Below, in pieces: positions 41,311 through 51,068 of a DNA stretch of 64,000 nt; the first letter of the stretch is position 1; each line of letters begins with the position of its first letter. Source of the stretch: an uncultured Gemmatimonadales bacterium (GTDB taxonomy: Bacteria; Gemmatimonadota; Gemmatimonadetes; Longimicrobiales; RSA9); the NCBI GenBank assembly GCA_963798845.1, contig CAWCUS010000001.1:96001-160000 (forward strand), given 5' to 3'. The translations under genes were made by a program, and so were the position numbers. Under the pieces are notes generated by a model. It ran no database searches, was not told where the DNA came from, and saw only the letters and a list, made by a program, of their open reading frames with translations.

Positions 41311-43410
41311 TCACCCCTCGAGCTCTTCCAGCGCGGCCTTCCGCGACAGACGGAGCCGACCCTTCTCGTCAATGGCGAGGAGCTTGACCTTCGTGACGTC
41401 GCCCACCTTCAGCACGTCCTCCGTCTTCTCCGTCCGCCCGGACTGGAGCTCCGAGATGTGGCACAGGCCCTCCGTGCCCGGGGTGATCTCCACGAACGCG
41501 CCGAACGACGTCGTGGTCTTCACGACGCCCTCGTAGATCCGCCCCACCTCGGGCTCCTCCACGATCGCTTCCACCATCTGCTTCGCCCGCTCGCCACCCT
41601 CCCCGCCCGGGCTCGAGATCATGACCGTGCCATCGTCGTTGATGTCGATCTTGGCACCCGTCTCGTCCTGGATCCCGCGGATCGTCTTCCCCTTCGGGCC
41701 GATCACCTCGCCGATCTTCTCGGGGTTGATGTGGATCGTGATGATCCGCGGCGCGAACTCGCTCAGCTCGCTCCGACCCTCCTTGATCGCGCCGTCCATC
41801 ACGTCCAGGATGTGCAGCCTGGCCTTGCGCGCACGCTGCAGCGCCTCCTTCATGATGGCCACCGTGAGCCCCTCGATCTTGATGTCCATCTGGATCGAGG
41901 TCACGCCCTCACGCGTGCCCGCCACCTTGAAATCCATGTCCCCGAGCGCGTCCTCCACGCCCAGGATGTCCGTCAGCACCGCGACCTGGTCGCCCTCCTT
42001 GATCAGCCCCATGGCGATCCCCGCCACCGCTGCCTTCATCGGAACGCCCGCGTCCATCAACGACAGGCTCGCCGAACAGACGGTGGCCATGGAGCTCGAC
42101 CCGTTCGATTCCAGGATCTCGCTCACCACCCGGATCGTGTACGGGAAGTCCTCGTACGCCGGCAGCAGCGGCTGGACGGCTCGCTCTGCCAGGTGGCCGT
42201 GGCCGATCTCCCTGCGGCTCGTGCCCCGGATCGGCTTCGCCTCACCTGTCGAGAAGGGCGGGAAATTGTAGTGCAGCATGAACGACTTCGACGTCTCCGC
42301 CGGCACGTCCACCGTGTCCACCCGCTGCTCGTCCGCGCTCGTCCCAAGCGTCACAACACCCAGGGACTGCGTCTGCCCGCGCGTGAACAGAGCCGACCCG
42401 TGCACGCGCGGCAATATGCCGACCTCGGCCGTGATTTCGCGGACGTCGTCCAGGCCCCGGCCGTCGATCCGCTTCCCCGTCTCCAGCACCTGCCGGCGCA
42501 TGAGCTGCTTCTCCGTGGACCGGAGGTGCGCCTTGATCGCCGACTCGTGCTCCGCTTCGCCGAACTCCCCGCTCAGCTCCGCCAGAACCTCGTCCCGGAC
42601 CAGCGTCAGCGCCTCGTTGCGCGCGGCCTTGTCCTCCACGTTCAGCGCCTCGCGCACCCGGGCCAACGCCACACTCTCCACACGCGTCCGCAGGTCCTCG
42701 GGCACGGCCACGTCCGGCGACCAGGCCATCTCTTCCGGCACGTCGAGCGTCGAGAGGACCTCCTTCTGGATCCCGATCAGCTCCTTGATCCCGGCGTGCG
42801 CCGCCTCCAGCGCCTCCACCAGGTCCTCCTCCGGAACCTCCAGCGTGCCGCCCTCCACCATCGTGATGGCGTTCTCCGTCCCAGCCACGATCAGGTCGAC
42901 ATCGCTGTACTCCAGCTGCTCGAACGTAGGGTTCAGCACCCACTGCTCGTTCAGCCGACCGATCCGCACCGACGCCACCGGCGTGCTGAACGGGATCTTC
43001 GACATGTTCAACGACAGCGATGCGCCCAGCATCGCCGGGACGTCGCCGTTGTTCTGCTGGTCCGCACTCACGACGTAGATCACGATCTGCGTCTCGTGCA
43101 TGAAGCCATCCGGGAACAGCGGACGCAGCGGCCGGTCGATCAGCCGCGCCGTCAGGATCTCCGTGTCGCTCGGACGACCCTCCCGCTTGATGAACCCGCC
43201 CGGGTACTTGCCGGCCGCGTACATCTTTTCCCGGTACTCCACCGTCATCGGGAAGAACGGCAGGTGCGTCGGCGAGTCCTGCACCGTCGCCGCACAGATC
43301 ACCGTGGTTTCCCCGTACTGCACCAGCGCCGACCCATGGGCCTGCCGCGCCATCTTCCCCGTCTCGATCACCAGCTTCCGGCCGGCGAACTCCCGCTCCA
43401 CTCTCTTCAT
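41311..43410 (-). CDS. pnp: Polyribonucleotide nucleotidyltransferase
   Basis: GGFIKREG, RLIDRPLRPLF, RREIGHG, ESNGSSSMA, GDMDFKVAG; KH and S1 domains. Confidence 0.98.
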   Translation of the reverse strand: MKRVEREFAGRKLVIETGKMARQAHGSALVQYGETTVICAATVQDSPTHLPFFPMTVEYREKMYAAGKYPGGFIKREGRPSDTEILTARLIDRPLRPLFPDGFMHETQIVIYVVSADQQNNGDVPAMLGASLSLNMSKIPFSTPVASVRIGRLNEQWVLNPTFEQLEYSDVDLIVAGTENAITMVEGGTLEVPEEDLVEALEAAHAGIKELIGIQKEVLSTLDVPEEMAWSPDVAVPEDLRTRVESVALARVREALNVEDKAARNEALTLVRDEVLAELSGEFGEAEHESAIKAHLRSTEKQLMRRQVLETGKRIDGRGLDDVREITAEVGILPRVHGSALFTRGQTQSLGVVTLGTSADEQRVDTVDVPAETSKSFMLHYNFPPFSTGEAKPIRGTSRREIGHGHLAERAVQPLLPAYEDFPYTIRVVSEILESNGSSSMATVCSASLSLMDAGVPMKAAVAGIAMGLIKEGDQVAVLTDILGVEDALGDMDFKVAGTREGVTSIQMDIKIEGLTVAIMKEALQRARKARLHILDVMDGAIKEGRSELSEFAPRIITIHINPEKIGEVIGPKGKTIRGIQDETGAKIDINDDGTVMISSPGGEGGERAKQMVEAIVEEPEVGRIYEGVVKTTTSFGAFVEITPGTEGLCHISELQSGRTEKTEDVLKVGDVTKVKLLAIDEKGRLRLSRKAALEELEG

Positions 43411-43496
43411 GCTCTGGCTTGCCTTTCGCTTACCGCATTCCGCACCCGGCCGCCCCCCGGCGTCCGGGCTGTCGACCATGACCTCCCCGCCCGCCC

Positions 43497-43757
43497 TCAG
43501 TGCCGCAGGCCGAGGTCCTCGATCAGTCCTCTGTACTTCTCCAGGTCCGTCCGCCGCAGGTAATCCAGCAGACGACGACGACGCCCAACCATCTTGAGCA
43601 GCCCACGCCGGCTGTGGTGGTCCTTCATGTGCTTGCGGAAATGATCGGTGAGATCGTTGATGCGCGCCGTCAGGATTGCGACCTGCACCGGCGCGCTCCC
43701 CCTGTCGGTGGGATGGAGCTGGTACTTCTTGATGATGTCTTCTTTCTCGATGGCCAT
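43497..43757 (-). CDS. rpsO: 30S ribosomal protein S15
   Basis: [33 protein letters not shown]. Confidence 0.98.
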   Translation of the reverse strand: MAIEKEDIIKKYQLHPTDRGSAPVQVAILTARINDLTDHFRKHMKDHHSRRGLLKMVGRRRRLLDYLRRTDLEKYRGLIEDLGLRH

Positions 43758-43905
43758 CTTCCTCTGCCTCTCCGAGAGTCTACGCTGATCGGGAAGCGCG
43801 CTTCCTGATACCCACAGTCTTTCACAATACAATCATTCTCCCGCCCCGGCCACCCCCTCCGACCAACCCTCTCATCAACCCCACGGCTGAACGGTGGCGA
43901 ACGGT

Positions 43906-44850
43906 TCATGCCGTTCCGCCCAGCCGCCGCCTCGCCTCCGCGCAGTCGGCCTCGATGGCCTGGATCAGATCGCCGACACTCGAGAATCGGTGGATCTCCC
44001 GCAGCCACCCCATGAACTCGACGCGCACCTCCTCACCGTAGATGTCGGCTTCGAAGTCGAAGAGGTGGAGCTCGATGGACGGCGGGGCCCCGCGGAACAT
44101 GGGCCGTGGTCCCAGGTGGAGGACGCCGTCGAAGCTGCCCCGGCGCAGCGTGGCGCGCACTGCGTACACGCCCTCGTGCGGCAGCAGCTTGTCCCCGTTG
44201 GGGACGTGGATGTTGGCGGTGGGGAAACCGAGAGCGTGTCCGCGACCGTCGCCGCGGACGATGGGTCCCCGGAGCGAGTAGGGGCGGCCGAGCCCCGCGG
44301 CGGCGTCCTCCACGCGCCCCTCGGCGACGGCTGCGCGGATCTTCGACGAGGAGACGGCGTCGCCCTCGGTGCGGAGCGCCTCGATGACCTCGACGGTGAA
44401 GCCAATGTCGCGTCCGATGTCGCGCAGGGTATCCACGTCGCCGGAGCGGCCACGTCCGAAGCCGTGATCATAGCCGATGACGAGGTGCTTCATGCGCAGC
44501 CGCCCGATGAGGATCTCCCGGACGAAGCGCTCGGGCGGGTAGCCCTGGAGCACCTTCGTGAACGGGATGAACACCGCGTAGTCCACGCCGGACTCCGCCA
44601 GGATCTCGGTCTTCTCGACGGGCGTGGTGAGGAGCTTCGGGGCGGCTCCGGGCCGCACGACGCGCAGCGGGTGCGGATGGAACGTGACGAGGACGGCCGG
44701 GAGCCCCTCGGCGTCGGCGCGGGCGCGGAGCTGCTCCAGGACCTGCCAGTGGCCGCGGTGGACGCCGTCGAAGGTGCCCACGGTGACGGCGGTCCCGGGG
44801 TGGTCGGCGGGGATCCCGGGTGGAAGGCCGGGATCGATGGCGTAGTTCAC
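43906..44850 (-). CDS. ribF: Bifunctional riboflavin kinase / FAD synthetase
   Basis: GTFDGVHRGH, VSSSKIR, GFPTAN; GTG overlaps the truB stop. Confidence 0.96.
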   Translation of the reverse strand: MNYAIDPGLPPGIPADHPGTAVTVGTFDGVHRGHWQVLEQLRARADAEGLPAVLVTFHPHPLRVVRPGAAPKLLTTPVEKTEILAESGVDYAVFIPFTKVLQGYPPERFVREILIGRLRMKHLVIGYDHGFGRGRSGDVDTLRDIGRDIGFTVEVIEALRTEGDAVSSSKIRAAVAEGRVEDAAAGLGRPYSLRGPIVRGDGRGHALGFPTANIHVPNGDKLLPHEGVYAVRATLRRGSFDGVLHLGPRPMFRGAPPSIELHLFDFEADIYGEEVRVEFMGWLREIHRFSSVGDLIQAIEADCAEARRRLGGTA

Positions 44851-45710
44851 GCGAACACCTTTCGCGGCCGCAGGGTTTCGCCATCGCTCTCGGCCACGGC
44901 GACGAGCTGGCCGCCGGCCGCGAGGGCGACGAGCCCCCGCGGAGCGCGCCCGGCGGCAGGAAGCGGTTGGCCGTGTCGGACCCGCTCGACATCCGGCCCG
45001 GCCAGCTCGATCGTCGGCCAGTCCACGAGCGCGTCGAGGGGCGGAACCAGCTTGTCGAGGACGGTGGCGGTGTCGCCCAGCGCGGAGGTGCGCACCGCGT
45101 CCTCGACGCGGAACGGTCCCACCGCGGTGCGACGCAGGGCGACCAGGTGACCGCCCACCCCCAGCGTATCGCCGGCGTCGCGGGCGATGGCGCGGACATA
45201 GGTGCCGCTGGAGCATCGCACCCGGAAGCGGACTGTGTCGTCCTCGACCTCCTGGACGTCGATCCCGTGGATGGTGACCTCCACGGGCTCGAGCTCGACC
45301 GTGGCGCCCTGGCGGGCCAGCTCGTACGCCCTCCGGCCCGCCACTTTCTTGGCCGAATACGCCGGGGGCGTCTGGAAGCGCGTGCCCTGCTGGCCCTCGA
45401 ACGCCTGGCGCACGACCGAAGGGGGCAGTCCCCGCCACTCGTCGGTGCAGGAAACTTCGGCGCCCGTATGGTCGAGCGTGTCGGTGGCGATGCCGATGCG
45501 GGCACTGGCTTCGTACTCCTTGTCGAGCCCGGAGAGGAACTCGGCCAGCCGCGTGGCGGCGCCGATGCAGAGGAGGAGGAGCCCGCTGGCGAACGGGTCG
45601 AGCGTGCCCGTGTGTCCCACACGGCGCTCTCGCAGGGCGCGCCGCGCGCTCGCTACGACGTCGTGCGAGGTCGGCCCTGCTGGCTTGTCCACGGGCAGCA
45701 CGCCGATCAT
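44847..45710 (-). CDS. truB: tRNA pseudouridine(55) synthase
   Basis: DKP.G.TSHDVV, GHTGTLDP, PPAYSA.K, CSSGTYVR. Confidence 0.97.
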   Translation of the reverse strand: MIGVLPVDKPAGPTSHDVVASARRALRERRVGHTGTLDPFASGLLLLCIGAATRLAEFLSGLDKEYEASARIGIATDTLDHTGAEVSCTDEWRGLPPSVVRQAFEGQQGTRFQTPPAYSAKKVAGRRAYELARQGATVELEPVEVTIHGIDVQEVEDDTVRFRVRCSSGTYVRAIARDAGDTLGVGGHLVALRRTAVGPFRVEDAVRTSALGDTATVLDKLVPPLDALVDWPTIELAGPDVERVRHGQPLPAAGRAPRGLVALAAGGQLVAVAESDGETLRPRKVFA

Positions 45711-46114
45711 TCCCCGTCCGGCCCCTCGTCCTCCGACCCGTCGGCATCGGAGGACGTCTCCGCGTCCGCAGGCTCCGGCGCGACTTCCGAAAGAATGGCC
45801 TCGATCCGGAGCGCGTGTTCCAGGCTTCGGTCGCGCTCGAAGCGGATCTCGGGAACGCGGCGAAGGTCGATCCGTCGGCCCAGCGAGCCGCGGATGTAGG
45901 ACGCGGCGGCGTCCAGACCCTTCAGGGTGGCCTCGCGTTCGTCCTCCTCTCCCAGGAGCTGGACGAACACGCGGGCCAGTGTCAGGTCCGGCGCCGTGAT
46001 CACGCGCGTCACCGTGACCGTGCCCACGCGCGGGTCCTTCACCTCCCCGTGGAGGATCTCGGACAGCTCCCGCTTCAGCTGCTCGTTGACGCGTTCGATC
46101 CTGTGCCCAGCCAT
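45707..46114 (-). CDS. rbfA: Ribosome-binding factor A
   Basis: RIERVNEQL..E, KDPR, LRRVPEIRF..D.S. Confidence 0.96.
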   Translation of the reverse strand: MAGHRIERVNEQLKRELSEILHGEVKDPRVGTVTVTRVITAPDLTLARVFVQLLGEEDEREATLKGLDAAASYIRGSLGRRIDLRRVPEIRFERDRSLEHALRIEAILSEVAPEPADAETSSDADGSEDEGPDGE

Positions 46115-46154
46115 ATCCGATGCATTCGGCGGCGGACGCCCGGCGCCCGCCGCC

Positions 46155-46436
46155 TCAGTAGAAGGTGCGATAGGTTTCTATGATCCGGCCCGCGACTTCC
46201 GAAGCCACGAGCCGGTCGGCGCGGTCCAGGATCGACTCCGCCCGGCGCCGGTCCGTCGCCACCGTGCAGACGGTGATCTCCGCGCGCTGCCACAGGTCCT
46301 GGTGGCCCGTCTCGGCGACGGAGACGTTCAGCCTGGACCGCAAACGGTCCTTCAAGCTCCTGACCACGGACCGCTTTTCCTTCAGCGAGCGGGCCTCATA
46401 GATCTGGAGATCCCACCCGATCACGCCGACGACCAC
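46155..46436 (-). CDS. DUF503 (YlxP-like) protein
   Basis: SLKEKRSVV, NVSVAE...QD.WQR; lies between infB and rbfA. Confidence 0.92.
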   Translation of the reverse strand: MVVGVIGWDLQIYEARSLKEKRSVVRSLKDRLRSRLNVSVAETGHQDLWQRAEITVCTVATDRRRAESILDRADRLVASEVAGRIIETYRTFY

Positions 46437-46459
46437 GCCTCAACGCTCCCGGCCGCGGT

Positions 46460-49186
46460 TCAGCCGCCGCTCGTCCCGCCGGCGCTGCTGGCCAGCGTGC
46501 GGGCGATCTCCTCCACCGTGAAGCACTCGATCACGTCGCCGACCTTGATATCGTTGTAGCCGTCGATGCTCATCCCGCACTCGAAGCCCTCGCGGACTTC
46601 CCGAACATCGTCCTTGAAGCGCTTCAGGCTCCCCAGCTGGCCCAGGTAGACCTGCACGCCGTCGCGCACAAGCCGCACCGGGTCGCCTCTCCGGATCACG
46701 CCCTCGGTGACGTAACAGCCCGCCACGGTCCCGGCACGCGGGACACGGAACAGCTGCCGCACCTCCGCCGCGCCCAGCAGCTTCTCCCGCTCTTCGGGTG
46801 CGAGCATCCCTTCCAGCGCCGAGCGCACGTCCTCGATGGCCTCGTAGATCACGTCGTAGACCCGGACATCCACGTCCTCCTGCTCCGCCACCTGCCGGGC
46901 ATCCGCGTCCGGGCGGACATGGAAGCCGATGATGATCGCGCCGGCCGTTGCAGCCAGCAGCGCGTCGGAGCGGTTGATCGCGCCCACGCCGCGATGGATC
47001 ACGTCGACTTCCACCTCGTTCGTGCCCAGCTGTTCAATGGAGTCGGCCAGCGCCTGCACCGAGCCATCCACGTCGCCCTTGATCACCACGTTGAGCTGAG
47101 CGGTCTCGCCCGCGGCCAGCAGCTGGCTGATGTCGGTGAGCTTCACGCCGCGGCTCTTGATCCGCAGCTGCTTCTCACGGTCCAGCCGCTGGCGCGTCTG
47201 CGCGATCTCCGCCGCGCGCTCCGGCTCCATGACCATGAGCTTGTCGCCCGCCTGGGGCACGCCGTTGATCCCGAGCACCTGGGCGGGCATTCCGGGGCCG
47301 ACCTCGTCGACGTGGTTGCCGCGCTCGTCCAGCAGCGCGCGCACCCTGCCGCCGTGCAGGCCGCACACCAGGTCGTCGCCGACGCGCAGCGTCCCGTTGG
47401 TCACCAGCACGGTGGCCACGGGGCCCTTCCCCACGTCCAGCTCGGCTTCGATGACGATTCCGTGCGCATCCCGGTCCGGGTTCGCCTTCAGCTCCAGCAG
47501 CTCAGCCTGGAGGAGCACCTTTTCCAGCAGCTCGCCGACGCCCTTCCCCGTCTTCGCGCTTACCGGCTGCGCCAGCACGTCGCCGCCGAACTCCTCCACG
47601 ACGACGCTGTGCTCGAGCAGGCCCTGCTTCACCCGGTCCGGGTTCGCTCCGGGCAGGTCGATCTTGTTGATGGCCACGATCATGGGCACGCCCGCGTTGC
47701 GTGCGTGGCTGATCGCCTCCACGGTCTGCGGCATCACGGCGTCATCCGCGGCCACCACGAGGATCACCACGTCCGTGACGTCCGCGCCGCGGGCCCGCAT
47801 GGCGGTGAACGCCGCGTGGCCCGGGGTGTCCAGGAAGCTGATCGACCGACCATCGTCCAGGGTCACGTGGTAGGCGCCAATGTGCTGCGTGATCCCGCCG
47901 GACTCGCCCGCGATCACGTTCGTCTTGCGGATGTGGTCCAGCAGCGACGTCTTGCCGTGGTCCACGTGCCCCATGACCGTGACCACGGGCGGACGCGGCA
48001 CCAGATCCTCCGGCAGATCCTCTGCTTCCTCTTCCTCGAGCTCCCCCTCGTATTCCTCCTCGCGCACCGCCTTGAAGCCGAACTCGTCCAGCAGCAGCTC
48101 GATCTGGTCGAAATCGAGCCGCTGGTTGATCGTGACCATCATGCTGAGGTTCTTGAACGCGCTCGCGATGATCTGCGACGCGTTCTCGTCGATCAGCTCC
48201 GCCAGCTCCGCCACCGTGAGAAACTCGTTCACGCGGACGGTCTTCGCCTCTTCGGCCGCCACCCGTTGCCGCTCGGCCTCCTGCTGCTCCCGCTCCTCCG
48301 GCCCGTGCCGCGAGCGACGGCGCTTGCTCCGGCCGCCGCTCCCGCCGCCCTTGATCTCGGCCATCACGCGCTGCACGTTCTCCTGCACCGCGCCCTGGTC
48401 CACACGCGCCCGCCGCTTCTTCCGCTTGTCCTTCTTGCTGCGCCCGTCCGGGGTGTAGCCCTCGGCCTGGATGCGCACTTTCCCACCCGGGCCCGCGCTC
48501 GCGGCCGGCGCCAGACCGGGAAGGGACTCGCTGACCCGCTTCGGCCGGCGCTTCGGCTTCTCCTTCGGCTCCTGGGCAGCCGGCGCGGGTTGCGCTTCGA
48601 CCTCCGCGCCCTCGGCCTGCTCTTCCTCGGCCTCGGCGACGGGCGCTTCGGCCTCCCCGGCCTCTTCCGGCTCCGTTTCCGCGGCTTCCTCCCTGGCTGC
48701 CTTCTTCGGACGGACCGGCGTCGGCTTCTCCTTCGCCGCGGGGGCGGCCCGGACCTCTTCCGGCTCCGCCTCCGCCTCCTCGACGGCTTCGACTTCGGCG
48801 ACCTCCGTCTCCTCGGACTCGGGCTCCGCCTCGTCCGCCTCCGCGTAGACCACTTCCGTTTCCGCGACTTCCTCCGCCGCCGCGCCCGCGAGCTCTTCCT
48901 CGTCTTCGCCCGCCAGCTCCGCCGCTTCCTCCGGCTCTTCCGTCTTGCGACGACGCCGACGACGCCGCGTCGGGGCCTGCGCGTCCTCGATCGCAGCTTC
49001 GACCACCTCCACCGCATCGGAAGCGCCGGCGCGCCGCTGTCGCTCGAATCGAGCCCGCAGCTTCGCGATCACCGCGTCGTCCACGGCGGATGACTCCGTG
49101 CGGACCGCCGCCCCCATCTCCCTCAGGAGCTGGATCAGGCTGTCGGCCGGAACGTTGAATTCCTTCGCTACCTCGTTTACGCGCAT
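46460..49186 (-). CDS. infB: Translation initiation factor IF-2
   Basis: MGHVDHGKT, GGITQHIGA, DTPGH, NKID, SLKRFKDDV; acidic low-complexity N-terminus. Confidence 0.98.
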   Translation of the reverse strand: MRVNEVAKEFNVPADSLIQLLREMGAAVRTESSAVDDAVIAKLRARFERQRRAGASDAVEVVEAAIEDAQAPTRRRRRRRKTEEPEEAAELAGEDEEELAGAAAEEVAETEVVYAEADEAEPESEETEVAEVEAVEEAEAEPEEVRAAPAAKEKPTPVRPKKAAREEAAETEPEEAGEAEAPVAEAEEEQAEGAEVEAQPAPAAQEPKEKPKRRPKRVSESLPGLAPAASAGPGGKVRIQAEGYTPDGRSKKDKRKKRRARVDQGAVQENVQRVMAEIKGGGSGGRSKRRRSRHGPEEREQQEAERQRVAAEEAKTVRVNEFLTVAELAELIDENASQIIASAFKNLSMMVTINQRLDFDQIELLLDEFGFKAVREEEYEGELEEEEAEDLPEDLVPRPPVVTVMGHVDHGKTSLLDHIRKTNVIAGESGGITQHIGAYHVTLDDGRSISFLDTPGHAAFTAMRARGADVTDVVILVVAADDAVMPQTVEAISHARNAGVPMIVAINKIDLPGANPDRVKQGLLEHSVVVEEFGGDVLAQPVSAKTGKGVGELLEKVLLQAELLELKANPDRDAHGIVIEAELDVGKGPVATVLVTNGTLRVGDDLVCGLHGGRVRALLDERGNHVDEVGPGMPAQVLGINGVPQAGDKLMVMEPERAAEIAQTRQRLDREKQLRIKSRGVKLTDISQLLAAGETAQLNVVIKGDVDGSVQALADSIEQLGTNEVEVDVIHRGVGAINRSDALLAATAGAIIIGFHVRPDADARQVAEQEDVDVRVYDVIYEAIEDVRSALEGMLAPEEREKLLGAAEVRQLFRVPRAGTVAGCYVTEGVIRRGDPVRLVRDGVQVYLGQLGSLKRFKDDVREVREGFECGMSIDGYNDIKVGDVIECFTVEEIARTLASSAGGTSGG

Positions 49187-49207
49187 GCTCTTCCTGCTAC
49201 CCCTCGG

Positions 49208-49534
49208 TTACTGCCCTCGCTCTTGCCCGCCAGCGCCCAGCAAAGACCGGAGCCGCCTCGCCAGGCCGGCTTCCGTGATTCCCACCGCAGCCACGGGCGC
49301 CCTGCCCACAGCCGCCCCGAGATCCGCTCTCGTGTACTTCATCACGAACGCAACCCCACGCCCTTCCAGTGGCGGAACCAGCTTGTCCCGCCCCGTGGCC
49401 GTGAGGTCGCTCGCCACGAGCACGAATCGCAGCCGACCCCCGCGAAGCGCCTCCCGCACCGCGGGCGTGCCCGGCACCACCGCGCCCGCCCGGGCGGCAA
49501 GCCCGAGCAGCTGCAGGACCGGGTCAGGCGACGT
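49208..49534 (-). CDS. L7Ae/L30e-family (YlxQ-like) RNA-binding protein
   Basis: LLGLAARAG..V.G, LV.VASD, LG.AVGR..VAAVGI...G.A; lies between nusA and infB. Start inferred at ACG 49534. Confidence 0.88.
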   Translation of the reverse strand, partial: TSPDPVLQLLGLAARAGAVVPGTPAVREALRGGRLRFVLVASDLTATGRDKLVPPLEGRGVAFVMKYTRADLGAAVGRAPVAAVGITEAGLARRLRSLLGAGGQERGQ

Positions 49535-51059
49535 GCTCGCGATCCTCCCCTTCCCCGGGCGCGGCCGCTTCCTCGCCCTTGCCCGGGTCCTCCCCCTCTT
49601 CTTCCGCTTCCTCGACCTCGGGCTTCGCCTTCGCCGCCCTGGTGGCCGCCTTCTTCGAGGTCGGCGCACCGCCCACCTCGCTCACATCCACGCCGAGGAT
49701 CTCGGCCGCCACCTGGCGAACCTCCTCCATCTCCTCAGCGGTCGGACCCGATTCTTCGGTCGCTGGCTCCTCAACAACGGTCAGCTCGTCGATGATGCCG
49801 ACGAGCCGATCCGCAGCCGCCTCATCCACGCCTTCCATGGCGAGGAAGTCTTCACGCTCGAAGTCGATGATATCGAAAAAAGTAGTATATCCAGCACTTT
49901 CGAGCGCCGCCAGCGTGGCTGGCTCCACCTCCAGCTCGGAGAGCGGGAAGTCGGCGACCTCGTATTCCTCCTCGCCGCCGCCGAAGAGTGCCGCGTCGGC
50001 GCCCCGCTCCAGCCACTCGCGACTCCCGTACAGGTCCAGCTGCCAGCCGATGAGCTGACTCGCCAGCCGCACGTTCTGGCCGTTGCGGCCGATGGCCAGA
50101 GAGAGCTGGTCCTCATCGACGATGGCCGTGATCACGCCACGGTCCGGATCGCTCAGCACCTTCGCGACGCGGGCGGGCGCGAGCGACCGCCGAGCGTAGA
50201 CCTCGGGGTCCGGGTGCCACGGGACGATATCGATGCGCTCGCCCCCGAGCTCGCTCACCACGGCCTGCACGCGCGAGCCCTTGAGGCCAACGCACGCGCC
50301 CACGGGATCGATGGACTCGTCCCGGGAGGAAACGGCCACCTTGGTGCGGCCTCCCACTTCGCGGGCGAGCCCCTTGACCTCGACGATGCCCTGATAGATC
50401 TCCGGCACCTCGAGCTTGAACAGCGCCGCTACGAAGCCAGGGTCGGCGCGCGACAGGATCAGGCGCGGCCCCTTGGAAGTCTCCTCCACCTTCTTGAGCA
50501 CCGCCCGGATCGGCTCGCCCTGGCGGAAGCGCTCGCGAGGGTTCTGCTCCTTCCACGGGATGATCGCGTCCGCGTCCCGCGCCTCGTTCAGCATGACCAC
50601 GAGCTTGCCCCGCTCGACCTGCTGCACCTCGCCGCTCAGCAGCTCCCCTTCGCGGTCTTCGAACTCGTTGCGGATCTTCTGGCGCTCCCCTTCCCGCACG
50701 CGCTGGATGATCCGCTGCTTGGCCGCCATCACGGCGTTCCGGCCGAACTCCGCGAACGCCACCGGGATCTCCAGGATGTCGCCAGGCTGGAAATCGGGGT
50801 CGTCCCATCGCGCCTCCTCCAGAGAGACCTCACGGGACGCGTCCTCGACCTCCGCCACCACCTCCTTCAGGACAACGATCTGGATGCCACCGCCCTGCTC
50901 ATCGATGGTGATCTCGGCCTCGACGTTGGGGCCGAAGCGCTTGGCCAGCGCGGCCATGATGCCGTCGCGGATGAGGTCGCGCAGCTCGAGATCCGAGAGG
51001 TTCTTGTTGTTCGTCAGCTCCCGGAACGCCGCGAGGACCTGCATGCCTTCGTTCGCCAT
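49524..51059 (-). CDS. nusA: Transcription elongation factor NusA
   Basis: FGR.A..AAKQ, S1, DPVGACVG.KGSR, SLAIGRNGQNVRLA; acidic C-terminal extension. Confidence 0.98.
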   Translation of the reverse strand: MANEGMQVLAAFRELTNNKNLSDLELRDLIRDGIMAALAKRFGPNVEAEITIDEQGGGIQIVVLKEVVAEVEDASREVSLEEARWDDPDFQPGDILEIPVAFAEFGRNAVMAAKQRIIQRVREGERQKIRNEFEDREGELLSGEVQQVERGKLVVMLNEARDADAIIPWKEQNPRERFRQGEPIRAVLKKVEETSKGPRLILSRADPGFVAALFKLEVPEIYQGIVEVKGLAREVGGRTKVAVSSRDESIDPVGACVGLKGSRVQAVVSELGGERIDIVPWHPDPEVYARRSLAPARVAKVLSDPDRGVITAIVDEDQLSLAIGRNGQNVRLASQLIGWQLDLYGSREWLERGADAALFGGGEEEYEVADFPLSELEVEPATLAALESAGYTTFFDIIDFEREDFLAMEGVDEAAADRLVGIIDELTVVEEPATEESGPTAEEMEEVRQVAAEILGVDVSEVGGAPTSKKAATRAAKAKPEVEEAEEEGEDPGKGEEAAAPGEGEDREHVA

Positions 51060-51068
51060 AGATCTCCC

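Noticed and set aside
19792..45747. Apparent long fusions or extensions of trxA (362 aa), accD (634 aa), rodA (594 aa) and ribF (613 aa)
   Set aside because: The track chose the furthest upstream start inside the neighbouring gene; each has a coupled or SD-led start at the normal position.
5014..46154. GC hairpins at about 5027-5058, 38875-38931 and 46128-46154 as a REP/MITE family
   Set aside because: They share no sequence with each other; ordinary stem-loops at gene ends.
48480..49000. E/A/P-rich low-complexity stretch in infB
   Set aside because: The normal variable N-terminal region of IF-2.
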